DNA of 64,000 nt from Lingula anatina. Its lineage: Eukaryota > Animalia > Brachiopoda. A program made the translations under genes and the position numbers. Location of the stretch: the NCBI GenBank assembly GCA_051362555.1, contig CM120640.1, positions 51,686,788 through 51,750,787 on the forward strand. The letters are read 5' to 3'. The notes under the pieces were generated by a model that made no database searches, was not told where the DNA came from, and was given only the letters and a program-made list of their open reading frames with translations. This document shows positions 1 to 13,600 of the stretch, in pieces (the stretch's first letter is position 1; every line of letters starts with the position of its first letter).

Positions 1-1983
1 CACTAGGACGTAGATCTAGGATTTCTATCAATAGATGTCGTGCCGTTGTGCTATATAATGCTTTGAAAACCGTGTTGATTCGTAACTGCTTTTTGTGGCA
101 TGAATTCTGTCGTTTCTAAGATGTCTATTATATTACACAGGCATGTGTCATATGAAGTGATAATGAAAATATTTTACGATTAAGTTGTATTATTGTATGT
201 ATTATTCGCTCTCTTATACGTTTTTTTTTAGGGGGGGGAGGGGGTTAGGACAAATAAAGCTTACATGCAACTCGAATTTAACCTAATCCCCTCTTAAAGT
301 CTACCTTTGTTTCAAAATTTCAATGTATGGGCAACCAAAGTGTATAGTTGTGTAGGCATAACATACAATTTATACCAAGAAAATAGTAAATAGTAATAAT
401 TGAGGCTTAGAGAACGAGATCGGACTTAATACATAAAAACTGGACCATATGGTATCTGCCTCTCAAATAATACATGTAGAATTTATCCGATGTTCTTAAA
501 AAAGTTCAGTGAACATCTGATAAAGTTCATCTATATAATATGCCGAACTTAATTGAATAGAGGACCATTTAGGGTCACAACTCGGTTTCCTGTAGCTGTG
601 GCTTTTTTCGAATTACGTGAAAGTGCCAATTAACATGCATTTCGTTTATCCCTAATTTTAATTTAATTTTTTTTAAATTGAAATTTAAGATTTAATTGCA
701 TCAAACACATTGACAAGACAGGACAGGGTGGAATTTGAAATGTGTTTATTTCCTTGGACGGGTTTACAACAAATGAAGATAATATTCGGCTTACATTTAG
801 CTGATAATGAATTCGTGTGTGTGTGAGGTGGCTGAAGGTTTATTCCATGATTTACAGCGTCATTTTTCTTTGAAGTGCACATGCTCAAGAGAAATCTAAA
901 GGTGATACCTATATAACTTCAACTGGTGTCCAAAGCCAGCAACGTGGTTTGACGTAGAAAAGATCAAGAATATGATGTCCAGACGTGAAACGCAATCTCA
1001 AGTCTAAGTTAAGAACATACTATCTTAAATGTTAAAGGCCACAGAGAATCATGGCGGTAAACATTATCATTTTGCACAAGTGGAAAAATGCCATGTAGTT
1101 TTTAGCACAACATTACTTCCTATTTCATTTCCAGACTGTTTTTCTACCAAACGTCATATTTGAGAGTTATTCACTTTTAGCCTCAGCTGATACCAAAAAC
1201 TGATCAAGATAGAGCACGCACAGAACACTACAGTGACTTTATTACTTTTTGTGTTTTTTCACTTTCTTTTTGCATTTTGCTCGCTGACTAAGGTGGTTGA
1301 AGGCACATGAGAGGCGAGAAAAAAGTACTTTGGTAAGTAAATATAGGCCAATCAGATCGCCATCATTCCCCTAAGTATCAATACGGTATCCTTCACAGCG
1401 AAGTTTTCTAATAACATATTTTGTCAAAAAAGATTCACAGCATATTTTTACTTGAAGTTCTCATATCTGGTTCCCGATATTTTGAATAGCACTATATTTT
1501 CGTTCCTTCAATCATAGGTAATGAACTTTTAGACAACCCTGTTAAAGTCCACAGGCATTAAAACTGCTTTTCTATCGTTAATGAAACACAGATTAAACGG
1601 CGTTGGCAGTGAGATTTCTCATGAGACGCCGCAGCGCGATTTCTATCTCCCAGGCGCTTGCATTAGCAGGTAAGGTTTTCTTTTGATATTCGGTTCATTT
1701 CATTACTTTTTTACTACAACTTTTCACTATCATTGTGTCTTCAATTTCCATGTATAATCTTTGTTCGGTATCATGTAACGATGAGACTCTTTTCCACTAA
1801 CATTAGATTTTTCAATATCATGATGTGATCGGTTTTGTTTTGGGTCAATATTGATAAAGGTTTTGTCAATTCTTTCTTTAATTATTTTGTGAATCTGATG
1901 ACTAGAATTTGTCACTATTTACAAGGAAGCGCTTGCTCCAGGTTTAATATATTTGAACAGTCGAATTAATACACATGTAATCT

Positions 1984-2008
1984 ATTATTATTATTATTTT
2001 ATTTATTT

Positions 2009-2043
<35 letters not shown>

Positions 2044-2047
2044 TTTT
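1984..2047. repeat. (ATT)n/(ATTT)n microsatellite
   Basis: attattattattatt followed by many attt units. Confidence 0.9.
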
Positions 2048-3819
2048 TGAAAAATCACAGATATATTATCATTTTGGTACTCGTGACTAACAAAATGATA
2101 TCTGCTACCAGGGTGGCAGATGTTATAGGCATATTTTCCAAAAGCCAGAGACCCAAATAACCGTCTATTTATCTAAAGAAATATCTGTGAATATCTTGTA
2201 AAAAATCAATCTGTCGCCCTGGTAGAGGGTAAGTCACAGGTAGGGTTGTGGGCTGATGCTGATAAAAATGCTTGTCGGGCAACTGTTTAAGACTTACAAT
2301 ACAACACGTATTTGAACCGCCTGCGATACTCATTTAGACGCTGACTGAAGAAAAAGTAAAATACTTCTGATGGATTGGGACAAAGGCAAGGCTAACACTT
2401 TATACTGAACTTCCTTGCCCCCACCCCTGTCCTGATAGGCTTGTTAAAACTTCCACGAAACTGCCCAGAAATAAAATAACTAGAACTTGAAAACACTTTT
2501 CTTGATTCTATGCGTCTAGAATTTTGATTATGGATCAGTTTCTGTTTTTCATTTGATTTGGGGCCTACAGCAGTGTGCGGCAGGTCATGCAATTATGTAT
2601 CTTACATGTGAAAAGAGCGCATTTCAAGAACTAGGAAAATGTTTTTAAAAGTTAAATTCAGGTACACAACTGGCTACATATTGGAAAATAGTCGCCACGA
2701 AGTCTAGAACACAATGAAGGCGTTTATAAAATTCAAATGTGCATGAGGACTAGAATTATAGTCTCATAACATTAATTTGGTATGCGTTGATTTATGTTTG
2801 AATATAATCAAGGTGCACGCAAGGCAACCCACAGGGGCATTACACGTTCGGTTTTTATAGGGTGAGGTTGGGAGTTTTTGAATTAAATAACACCATTAAG
2901 CAGTGCAGTAAATTAACGTGCATCCCAGGGACCCTGCCTGCCGTGCTCAAATAAGCAAAAGTTATTTCGAAAGTCAAACAGATTAAATCGGTTTGATGTT
3001 CACTTGGAAGTTACCTTGAGTTCACCTGTAGAGTACGATAGTGTAGAGTAATAATGGGTAATGATTGGCTCCAAAGGGGCGCTTTAATTTAGACAATTGG
3101 ACGACACACCTGGATCACGTACTATGATGTAACTTACAAGTGAAGTTTTGACTTGAATTATAAGTTAGTAGAAGAGCAATTACAGGGTGCACGAAGACGG
3201 TCATTATTTCCTTCTTCGTGGTCGAGAGGTCTCCACCGACTGATCAAAGGTGTCAAATACACTCCGGTCTGATCTTATCTTTTTCAGAAAGTTAATTTGA
3301 ATTCCAATTTTCTCTTTAGCGTCGCGCCACCTCGGCACGCGACTCTAACTTTTCTCTGCATTTGTCTGATATGATATGGCCAAATGTATGCATATATATA
3401 AATAAGAGTTATAGGCCTACGAACGTGCTACATGCTTAATTTAGGTAATGACGCCTCAGGTAGACTAAGTATTTGAAATGGGGGACATTGGGACATTTGA
3501 AAATAATGGATTTCAGTAGGGGGAATTAAATTAAGAAAAAATCAAATTAACAAAATAAGAATTCCCAGGACCTGTTTTTATGTTTTTGTGGTTTCAAATT
3601 AAATTTTAACTTCTATACCCATGGCTTATACCGCCTGTTACGAATCCCAAAAAAATAAAAAGCGAGAAAGAAAACGGCACTGGGGAGCAAAATTTACGGC
3701 AACTAATGCTTGTTTAAGATTAAGAGCATTTTGAAAGTCGTCAAATTTTATTAATTATAATTCATAATTATTATGTTCTTTCAATCCCAAATATTATTAT
3801 ACAAAAGTCGCTTCTTACG

Positions 3820-3916
3820 CGTGACGTCACGATTTGAAGTTAGAGGCGCTGCAATCACGTGGCTGTAAACTTAGTCCAAACACAGCGCCGTACGGAGCGG
3901 ACGAATGAAAGGTAGG
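3820..3916 (+). promoter_or_regulatory. Candidate FGFR core promoter and short non-coding exon 1 (about 3873..3911)
   Basis: 12-bp palindrome CGTGACGTCACG (CRE) at 3820-3831, E-box CACGTG at 3856-3861, Inr-like TTAGTC at 3871-3876 and donor AAAG|GTAGGC at 3912. The area is locally CpG-rich. The 7513 exon begins with an acceptor, so an upstream exon is expected. Confidence 0.55.
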
Positions 3917-6900
3917 CTGTAGCTCCAATCTAACTTGCTACTTTTGGTCTTTTAAGACTTCTTCATGTACATTGTTTTATTCATATGTATAGATGTAGTA
4001 TAAATGCTTTCTATTTTGCGTTTGGTTAAGAGCTGCACGCTTGCTAAAACTTTTTAGAGAGTTTGACAAACTTCCCATGTTTAGCAGTGTTGTGATTTCC
4101 AAAATGGAGGTCATTCATTGTCAAAATGCGACCTACGCAGCGTGGTAACGTGGGAATAAAGGGGGGTTCGTTATACCTAAGGATGTATTAACTTTGATGT
4201 GACATGATGTTGAAACTGTTTAAGAACGGCACTGTTGAGACATAGACTGCTAGCATGTCGGGTCATACTGAGGTTGAATACTTGTCATAGACGTCGCTCC
4301 CTCATTTTAGGTACGTCGGGGATTTCATCCATCATTTCATTTTTCGAAAAAAAACCTCTTATACTTGATGTGCTCTAAATGATTTGGCCAAGGAAACGGT
4401 AAAATAAGCATTATTATTATTTTTTTTACAAATTTGTATTCTGGTAATACGTAGAGAATGATAATACGTAGAGTATGTACAGTTTGATGGAAAAACCAAA
4501 TGTAATACTCGGTCTTTTTGTGTCTGAAACTCGATAAATAAAATATAAATTCAAAAGCCCCCCAAGTTCTGTATAAAATATAATGACATTTTGATGCAGA
4601 ATGTCAAATGTCCAGAAACAATTTTTCTCAATTTTACGTCACTATAACACTTGTGTTGTGGTGACTTGGAAACAAAGTAACAATTTCCCATATTTTATTC
4701 ACAAAATTATAGGTGGACACTTACATTGATAAAAGATATTCCACTCAGAGGTTTAATAGAAAAAAAAAAATAAATTGAATATTGTAGAATTTTAAGGTGA
4801 CATAAAATATTTGACCAAGCGCACTTATTTATAATTTTGGTATTAGTATGATAATTAGAGAGGTATGTGTTAGAAACTAACTTTAATGTAGTGGATTTAT
4901 TGGTTTCTTTCAACAATTAACAGTTGATATAGTCAACTGTTGAACATTCCAGACCACTGTTTGTTTGTCGTGGGTATAAACAACCATATAACCTGGAAAA
5001 TCAAGATTTATAGCTTCTGAGTTGTTCTGGAGTCCATTGATATTTGATAGTTGTTAAATGTAGTACTAGCAAGAACAGAAACAAGACAATGAGAGGGTAA
5101 TTGCATTCCCGAAGTCTTATCTTTATTTCTGTTTAACCACCTCAAACTGGGGACTGCAGAAATAGCCCTTGCTGCAGCCGCAAGGCGCAGATAATTGGCT
5201 ATTATTTTTGATCTGCACAAATGCCCTTATGATAAGGTAAACTGATTTTTAAACAATACTGGAATATTTACTGATAACATGGCATTTAGATTATGTAAGG
5301 TTTTATAGTATTTATGACTGCTTTTATAGATAATATGAAGGAAAATGATTCAAAATGAGACCGTTTTATGGTTACTGACTTCTGATTCATTCATTCATTC
5401 TTGGTTGATTGATAAAATGTGGACAGCAAATACTAGGAATGGTTATGTTTAAGTGTATGGCATCATAATATGGCAAGCAGCTGGATTGATTGAGGAAGTA
5501 GGAAATAAACATTTTAATTAAGAAAACCTGTTGCATGAGCTTCCTTTTCTAGCAGTTCTATGGTAGTATACAACACTGACATTGTAAATGGGCACCACAA
5601 TGTTTGGCTGTTCAATTTCCTTAGGGAATGCTATTATAAATTTTTGGAAAACAGAATTGTTTTTACTTGGCTCAGCAACAGTTCACTTAGTAAAACCTAC
5701 TTTTCAAATGAATTACTCCACTATGTTCCACTCAAAGAAAAGGAATTGTATTCTTCAGTTCACAAATGTGTGGTGAAGGTGATTACCTGTGCACCAGATG
5801 CCTGAACAAGTAAATGTTTGCCGGGGACAATAAATTACTTCCACCATGGGACACATCAGTCTCTGTGAAAAATCCCTGCTTTCAATTGCAAGACCAATGA
5901 GCCTGTATTGATGGCTTAATTACTGGATAAAGACACAGGTAACTGGTGAACTGGCCAGTGGCAATTTAACACTTCTTTAACTAGGTGGAATCTCTCTTGG
6001 AAGTAAGTAGCTCAGAGTACAGGAGTGATTGGCATGGCCTTATAACATATGGTGGGCCCTTATGTCATAGCATTTCTCTGACCCTCAATAGGTAAAAAGA
6101 TAAGCTAAGAAGGGATGTTTGCAGTTCATTGGTTTTCTCCTCTCTGATGTTGGATGATTGGCGTTTTGTCAAAAGTTCAGCATCTGCTGCTCCTTTCTTT
6201 GTGCACTTGTCGGTAGTGGTATCTGGTGTCACAATTGTGGTGGTGTGGACACTGTGCTAGGGAATGCATTTACAGTCTTGAAGAGTAGATAGTGATAGTA
6301 AAACTGGGAGGGAGTTTCCTAGACCAGGTGTGAAGATGCTGAAAATACTTCTTAGTAACCAAGATTGTTAACCTTTGCAATGATTTATTTTATTTTGCAG
6401 TTTGATTATTGAACCTTAGCATGAAGTGGAAATGGGATTCTGTACTATTTACTATTTACTTGATTTCAGTCATTTCAGTTTATTTTTTTAAACCAAACAA
6501 GTACGCTTATGTTTAGGTGATTCATGTTTTTCTCTTCAACATTGATTTCTTATCATTTGAAAAAGAAAGAAATGATAGAAAAAAGGAAAGTGAAGTGAGA
6601 AAAGATAAGAAAATGAAAAAGAAAATTGAAAGAAGATTTTTTAATATAAGAGCATGCAAAAAATGGGTCAAATGCTGATGTGGGTGATGTTTTTTTTTTC
6701 CAACTGCCACCATCTGGTCTAAATCAGTGGAAAATCTGTATATCCTAGTCAGAAAAAAACATCATAGGTAAATGTGCTGTCCAGTCAAAAAAGAGTATTT
6801 AGTTCAGCCGTGATTGAGTCTTGGTAGTATTTTCAGTTCTGTTTATTTAAGAGTTGCAGACCTGTTTTTAGACAAACTGATAGCTTCCTGTCTTGTAAAA

Positions 6901-7599
6901 AGAATTGGCTAGTGAAACGATCTTAGTTGTTTAAAGCCAAGTTCAACTGTAGTTTTGGTATCACTTCTTTATTGATGAGGCAAATGAAAAGATCACTTCT
7001 ATGAGTTTGACGCAAGTAACAGAGATAAACCAGCCTCACTCTGATTGGCTTCTCACTTTTGCGTGTGATCTCCACTGAGAGTGCTGATAAAGGAAGGAAA
7101 AAATAAGACATGCAAGCCTTCTTGATAAAGTGTGCACAGTTTACATGTTCAGAAGAAAAGAAAGCCTCTCATATAATAGCACCATAAATGAAAAATTAGC
7201 CCCAGGTATTTTTTTCCAAGTAAGGCAGCATGATAAGTGAAGGAAGGTTAGTATAATGACAGTTGGAGTAGTAAGTGGAAACTTGAATGCCAGGTCACAA
7301 TCAGTAGCTTGTCCTGCATATTCAACAAGTCGGTAGTCGGCAGGACAGATGCTTTACTGATAAGCCTCCCTGTTGATGAAGGTATAGAATAGCAGGAGAG
7401 TGAAAAATGATTGTTTCCAGACAAGGCTTTGCATTTATAGGCCCCTAACTTTTTAGTATACAGATGCTTGGGTTTGAATTTTAAGTTAAATGATTTTTTT
7501 GTTTTCTCACAGATATTGAATGACAGAAGCTGAGAGAAGATAAATCGCAGTGATGCCGTGGTGGAAGTGATAGTACCAGTTAAAAAGACACAAGGAATC

Positions 7600-7696
7600 A
7601 TGAACAGAACAATTTGGAAACACGCATTATTAAAACTGTTGATATTGACATTGATTTTTGCTGTAGTCTGTGCAAAGAGACACAACAGGAAAAACA
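7600..7696 (+). CDS. FGFR: FGFR signal-peptide exon (exon 7513..7696), [32 protein letters not shown]
   Basis: Acceptor ttttctcacAG at 7511-7512. ATG at 7600 in context gaatcATG. Basic n-region, hydrophobic core, VCA cleavage-like site. Phase-1 donor A|GTAAGT at 7697 is in frame with 20279. Confidence 0.85.
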
Positions 7697-10600
7697 GTAA
7701 GTAGATATTTTCATTTGATTTAAATAAAATTAATTTTTTGTTAAAGTTTTTATGTAGTTAGAAACAAATTAATAAGATTGTTTGAAAATTTTTAACATGA
7801 TTTATTCTTTCATTTGACTAAATGTTTGATGTATAAATGGGTAAAGACCAGCATGAAATCAGAATTTGATGACTATTGCAAAGCTCAAATTTGTGTATAG
7901 CTGAACCCAATTTTCAGCCATCGTAGGAGTATTGTGGTTCAACACAGCTGCTTTGAAGGTTGACAAAAAGTTAATGGTCCATCTGCAAAAATTTTGTGGG
8001 TTCATGTTGAAATTGGATCCTACCAAGAAAATGGCTTTTCCCAACAAAAGAATCCACATAAATCAAAATTTATTTTGCCATTGTTGTGCTACAATGATTT
8101 TAACCAGTCATAAGATTTATTGTATTCTGAGGCAAAGAAAAAGGGTTGAGCAAAATCCATTGACGAAACATTGAAGTATTAATTGCCACTTGAGCCATTC
8201 AGGTTCAGTTCCTAAAGTTTGCAATGCTAATACTTTGATGTTGCTGAAAACATTACCGTTTTGAAATACAATTTATTCAAAGATTCAAATCGTGAAAGAT
8301 TAATTGGTAATATTATGGCGCTTCCCTAAAATGAAAGTATCAAGCAAAGTATAGTACGCCAAAAAGAGTGAAATCTCCACTTTGCTGTACTTCTCTCAGA
8401 ATGGTCAAATTTGGGAACTGTGCCTTGCTGGTCAGTGACATTGAATAGACTGGGGTCAGTTGAGAATAATGAGAACCAGAATGAAGGAAGTCTAAAAACA
8501 GGCATGTCTTAGTCTTAGGCGCTTTCACAGCAGGTTGTTGGGATACACATTACTTGTCTGTCTTATGTGGAAAGTGTCTTCATTGACAATTGTTCCTTCT
8601 AGAATGATATAGGCATGTGGAATTATGTAGGTGCAGAGGAAAAAAGCTGGCACTGAAATGTGCCTTTTGAAAAACAAGCTAGACATTTTCTTCAAGCAGA
8701 TTAGCAGTTAAACTTTTCAAGCATGTGTCACTGAAACCACATCTGCTCTTCTGCTTCAGAAAACTAATTTTACCCTGGCAAACTTATAAAGCAGCCCTGG
8801 TAGAAACCTTTCTATCAACTAGTCTGCTGGGGCACAAACCAAATGAAGTTAGATTTGAAACCCACTACTTTTGAATACTAAGATTTAATTCTAATGTTAA
8901 AATGTTTATTGTGGCAACTACTATTGAATATTGTAATTTCCATCATGGCTGCAAGAGCAAAAATAAACAAAGTAAACAAGGACCCACATGCCATCTGCTT
9001 GCTTACCTGAAAGGTGAGGTGTGCCACTATGCAGCCCCTGTATTGTTTGTTGTGAGAAAAAACATGCCAGGCCTCTGACAACATCAGACTTGCCTAACAT
9101 TTTCTAATGAGCTCACAGACACTTTTCTAAATAACGGAATAACCTGAGCTTAAAATTCATATAAACAGAGTGGTTGTTAACAGAGGAAACCAGTTGGTAA
9201 TATTGCACAATTGAAAAAATAAGTAATCAAGAAAATTACTAGTTTTGTGTTAGGTATATATGTAAGACTGAATGTTGGACTTAGTACAACAAACTTGGCA
9301 TTTAAAAGGTGAATCTAGGTGTGAAGGTGGGGGTTTAATGCTCTCTTTGGACTCCTGAATTTGATTGCAAAGAACGAGTACACAAATTTGCACTAATTGC
9401 ATTTGGGGCATCTGGATGCGCTTTTTATTCCCTTTTATGTACCCAGATGTATGCGTGTTGTCTGGGAGGCAGGGTAAATTGTTAATAAAATGCCACTGGA
9501 ATATAAATAAAGGTAGAGAAAACATTGCAAAGGTGGAGAAAGCTGTATCTGTTATGAGATCGTCTATGGGTCATTTCTGAATTCTAGATCGTTTCCGTTA
9601 ACACCTCTGCAAAGGAAATATGTTGTATGAAAAGTCATCCTGGTTCTTTAAATTGGTGAATCTGTAGGTATCTATTTGTGGTTGCCCTTGTTTTAGAATT
9701 CTTGAATTTACACCTGTTTTCAGTTTTTTAATTTCCTCAAATTTTACATTGATCAAAAGGGAGATATAGTTATACTTATGTATATAAACATTCATTTCTT
9801 TCTCATGGCATGTAACCTCTTTTATCTAAGTTTTTGATATGGACGACTGTGTTCCTCCCAAATTATTTAAGGAATTTGCAATCCCATGCTCATTAATTAT
9901 TTATAAATTTCTAGTTAATACTTCAATATTTTAAATTTTAAGATTATAACACCACAAGACTTATTAAAGTAAAATTTCTATTACAGCCGCTGAAAAATTT
10001 GCGGTCAAATGAATTTTAAAAGATTAAACAAAATGATTAAGATTACTTTTTTATTTTGATTATGAAATAAACATAAAAAATAAACATAGCATACAAAAAA
10101 AAAAGACATACACGCACACACACGTACAAAAGCACTTAAATGAAATGCTACATACACACACATGCACTGTTATTTGTTCACTCACTTGTAAGTGTACATT
10201 ACAAAAATTCATTATAACATATGAAAAAATAAAGATGAAAAATTTAAGAAGTTTGTCTTAGCCTGACTGTGGGAGAAAAAATAAGACATAACCATGGGAA
10301 AATGCTTTTTGTGGAATATTAGTGTTGGAAAAGGTGTTCTCCATGCTACCTGGCACAGGAAATCCTACTTTCCTCCAGCAGGAAGATCCTGATTGATAAT
10401 GCAACTAATTATAAGGATAACTGTTAATTGAAATTTTCATAGCATATCTCTACATTCCTCACCCACATGCCACTTTATCTGTGCATCTCTCCCCATATTT
10501 CACCCAACAAAAAGATGGTGACAGCTGAGTTGAGTATTTATCCTTCATGTAGTTTTGTTTGTTTATCTGTTATTTTGAAACTGAAAACAAGCGTGTTAGA

Positions 10601-13600
10601 CATACGCAATCTTGAAGGAATATAAATTTGGATTGGGAAACGCAGGGAAAAAACATAAGGTCTTTCATGTAATTCACCTGCATCAAAAAGAACATGTGAG
10701 AAATAGATTTGGAAGATATTACAGTTCAAATTGAAAGATTGAATTACTGCATCTTGGTAACATTTACCATATTGAGTTAGGGTTAGCTGAAAAACTTGGC
10801 CCTATCCACAGTTAGGTTCATGGTTTCAATTTTGAACTTAATGAAAGCATGGTCATGTTTATTTTTCCAATATTTGTAGACACACTTTGTAATTAAAAGC
10901 CATGCCCTTTCCTGCACTTTTTGCCTCATGGTCTCCGAAACATTTAAGATGTTGTCAAGATTATTCATCACATGTGACAGTTTTAACTGCATGCAGATAG
11001 CAATGGTGCTCTTTAGACCACAACTATTTAAAAAAAAATTTTTTTTCAAAGAATTGGAGTTTAGACCATAGTACGTTATGTAGTGGCTTGTAACACACAT
11101 ACATGGGCTCAAATTGAGGTTCTACTGCACGGTCCATTTAAACTAACTGCAAGTACCAGGTAGTTCAGGTAGCATAAAACTATAGTAGCAGATCTGTCAT
11201 CATTATCTGGAGACTTCCCGTCAATATGTAAGAGTCATTAGATCCAGTACCCCAGCCTGCCATGCCCCTGCCATTCAAGACCCTCTACTATTTTCTCACA
11301 TCTTATATTACCATCCACATTCAGGGCTGTCAACTTATGTGTCATAGGACAGTGCAGTGTATACTGTACTGTGTAAGGTATCACTGAGACAGAGACTGAA
11401 ATTGTGTTCTGGAACTGAGATTCCTGGCAAGTTGATGAGGTGGGAGCGTCCTGACTGGCTGCATTGTGTACCCTCTTTAATGTGCCAGGCATGTTGTGGC
11501 CTCTCATTACTGTGTTTGTCACCTTACTTGACAGCAGCTATTGTAGCATGTCAGGTAGGGGTGAAAACTAACCCAGTCTCCACACAATTTTACTGATGCT
11601 GAACGCATGAGAGGACTGAGACTGTACACCTGCTGAATAAATGTTTACATGCAGAGTCAAGATAGTTGTACCAAAGAGCCCTTTTTCTTTTCCCATCCCT
11701 TTTCCCCCCACCAGTCAAAACTGGGCCTTGCTGCACCATTGCCTTTGGCATATGATAACCTGGGAAAGTTAAGCCTGAACTTTAGCAGCCAAAGCTACAA
11801 CTGTTTGTTAGCAGTAAATCACAGAAAATCCCCTTTGATAGGAGGCACCAAGCTTACAAGGGTGCTGGCTAGAACTCTATGTATGTGGCATTTTACTATA
11901 CTGAATGAGATTTGTGAAGCTTAGGTATGAGTGACTGGGTAAGACTCTTTGGCAGCCAGGATAATCAGTAATGAAGGATTATCTCCATTGAAATACATTT
12001 GCAATCCAGGGGATGAAAATTCTTCTCTTCCAGTCTAGAAAATGGGGCTATGATTATTGGGATGAAGATTTGATAAATCAGTGTTGCTATCAAAAATGCA
12101 AAGCATATTTGCAGATTGGACAACTATCTCCTGATCTACCAGGGTTATTGCAAAAGTGAGGCCCAGTGCAGGAACAAGCTGAGAACCATAAAATAAGCCC
12201 AAGATATATTTATCATAAGTCAACAGAAATGAAAGTTTGTAAATTGATAAATTCCCCCTTGGGGGATATTTGAAGTGAACTTTGCTCATGATTTTAGTGA
12301 TTATGAAGGTGAAAATGTCTACTTCTGAGTGATGAAGGACTTTTATTTCCCATTTTGGTTACATAAAGGTGGGTCTACACCTTAACATTCCAGCTGTTTG
12401 ATGCTTGGATTTTGTAACCTGGCAGGAAGACCATCAATATTTGATAAACAATTTCTTGAGTGTGTTTTTGTTGAAACTGCTTTCCCTTCTTCTTTGACAA
12501 ACATACATCTAGTGTGATCCCCGGGGACAGCAAGGGACTAGTTTATTACCTTGTAGACAGTAGTAGCTGCAGCTTGGATATTGCCTTGTCTTAAGCAAAC
12601 ATGGGGCCCTGTAAAGCTTGCTTTGTGAACGGGCATTTGTATTCAGGAGAGAGATGCCCCTTGCTTGCACAGTATTGTTTGGTGGAATTTCGGTTGATGT
12701 GAGTCATATTGCCACTACAGTAAAAGTCCATTTTGTGTAAAGTTTTACCTGTCCCAGAATAATTACAGTTGTTTATGGGTCACAGGCAATTTTGACAGGG
12801 TTTCCTGTGATTGGCACCTGGCACCCAGGACCCTGGATGTTTTTAAATTGAATTATGAAAATTGAGAAAAATTCAGCAAGCTCAGTTAGCAGCTGTGTAT
12901 TGTGTATGCTCTTTGCAGAAAAGAATGGCTACCTAGATTTGTTTCAGTTACTGAATTTGATATATTTCTTAAGTAGCCAGTATTAATTGCTGAATGCACA
13001 TTACACTTGGTGAGATGCAGATTTACTGTTAGTCCTTGAGATGTGTCAATATAGGTTGGGTGAATGTTAGTATGCTGTTGCCAGGGCAATTATTGACTGC
13101 CCTCCACAAGTGAAGAGCTCTCAGATGCACCCGATTGCACTTGAGCTGTGACAAGAGCACATAGGACAGTTATAGGTCAAGCAAACACTCTGCACAGATA
13201 TGGCCTGGCTGGAGATCCAGGTGTACTGCAAAAAGCAAGTCCTTACTTTTCCACACGATAAACACTTCTTAGAAAACAAATTTCAATGATTTTCTCTTTC
13301 ACTTATTCTTCACCTTAAACAGCACGAGACTGTTTTTATGCTCTTTTATCCACCTTGATTTAAGCCTCTTTGTGTTGCCTTGCTATTAATGTTATTTCAT
13401 GCCCTGTCAAATTTTTATGTTGCGCTCAGGCTCTTGTCTAGGGGTTATTATATTGGTTTCATATGGTATGCAGGTAGTAATAGAAGGGTAAATAGGGTTT
13501 TTGTGATTTTGTTTATTACTGGCTGCATGCCAGTGTTTATAATATTCTTGCTGGTTATTATGCACAGAAGCTAGTTTTCCCGCCAAAACACTGTACTGTT

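Noticed and set aside
13380-13574. Hydrophobic ORF as another signal exon or small membrane protein
   Set aside because: TTG start, weak donor (GTAGTA); hydrophobicity is explained by T-rich intron composition.
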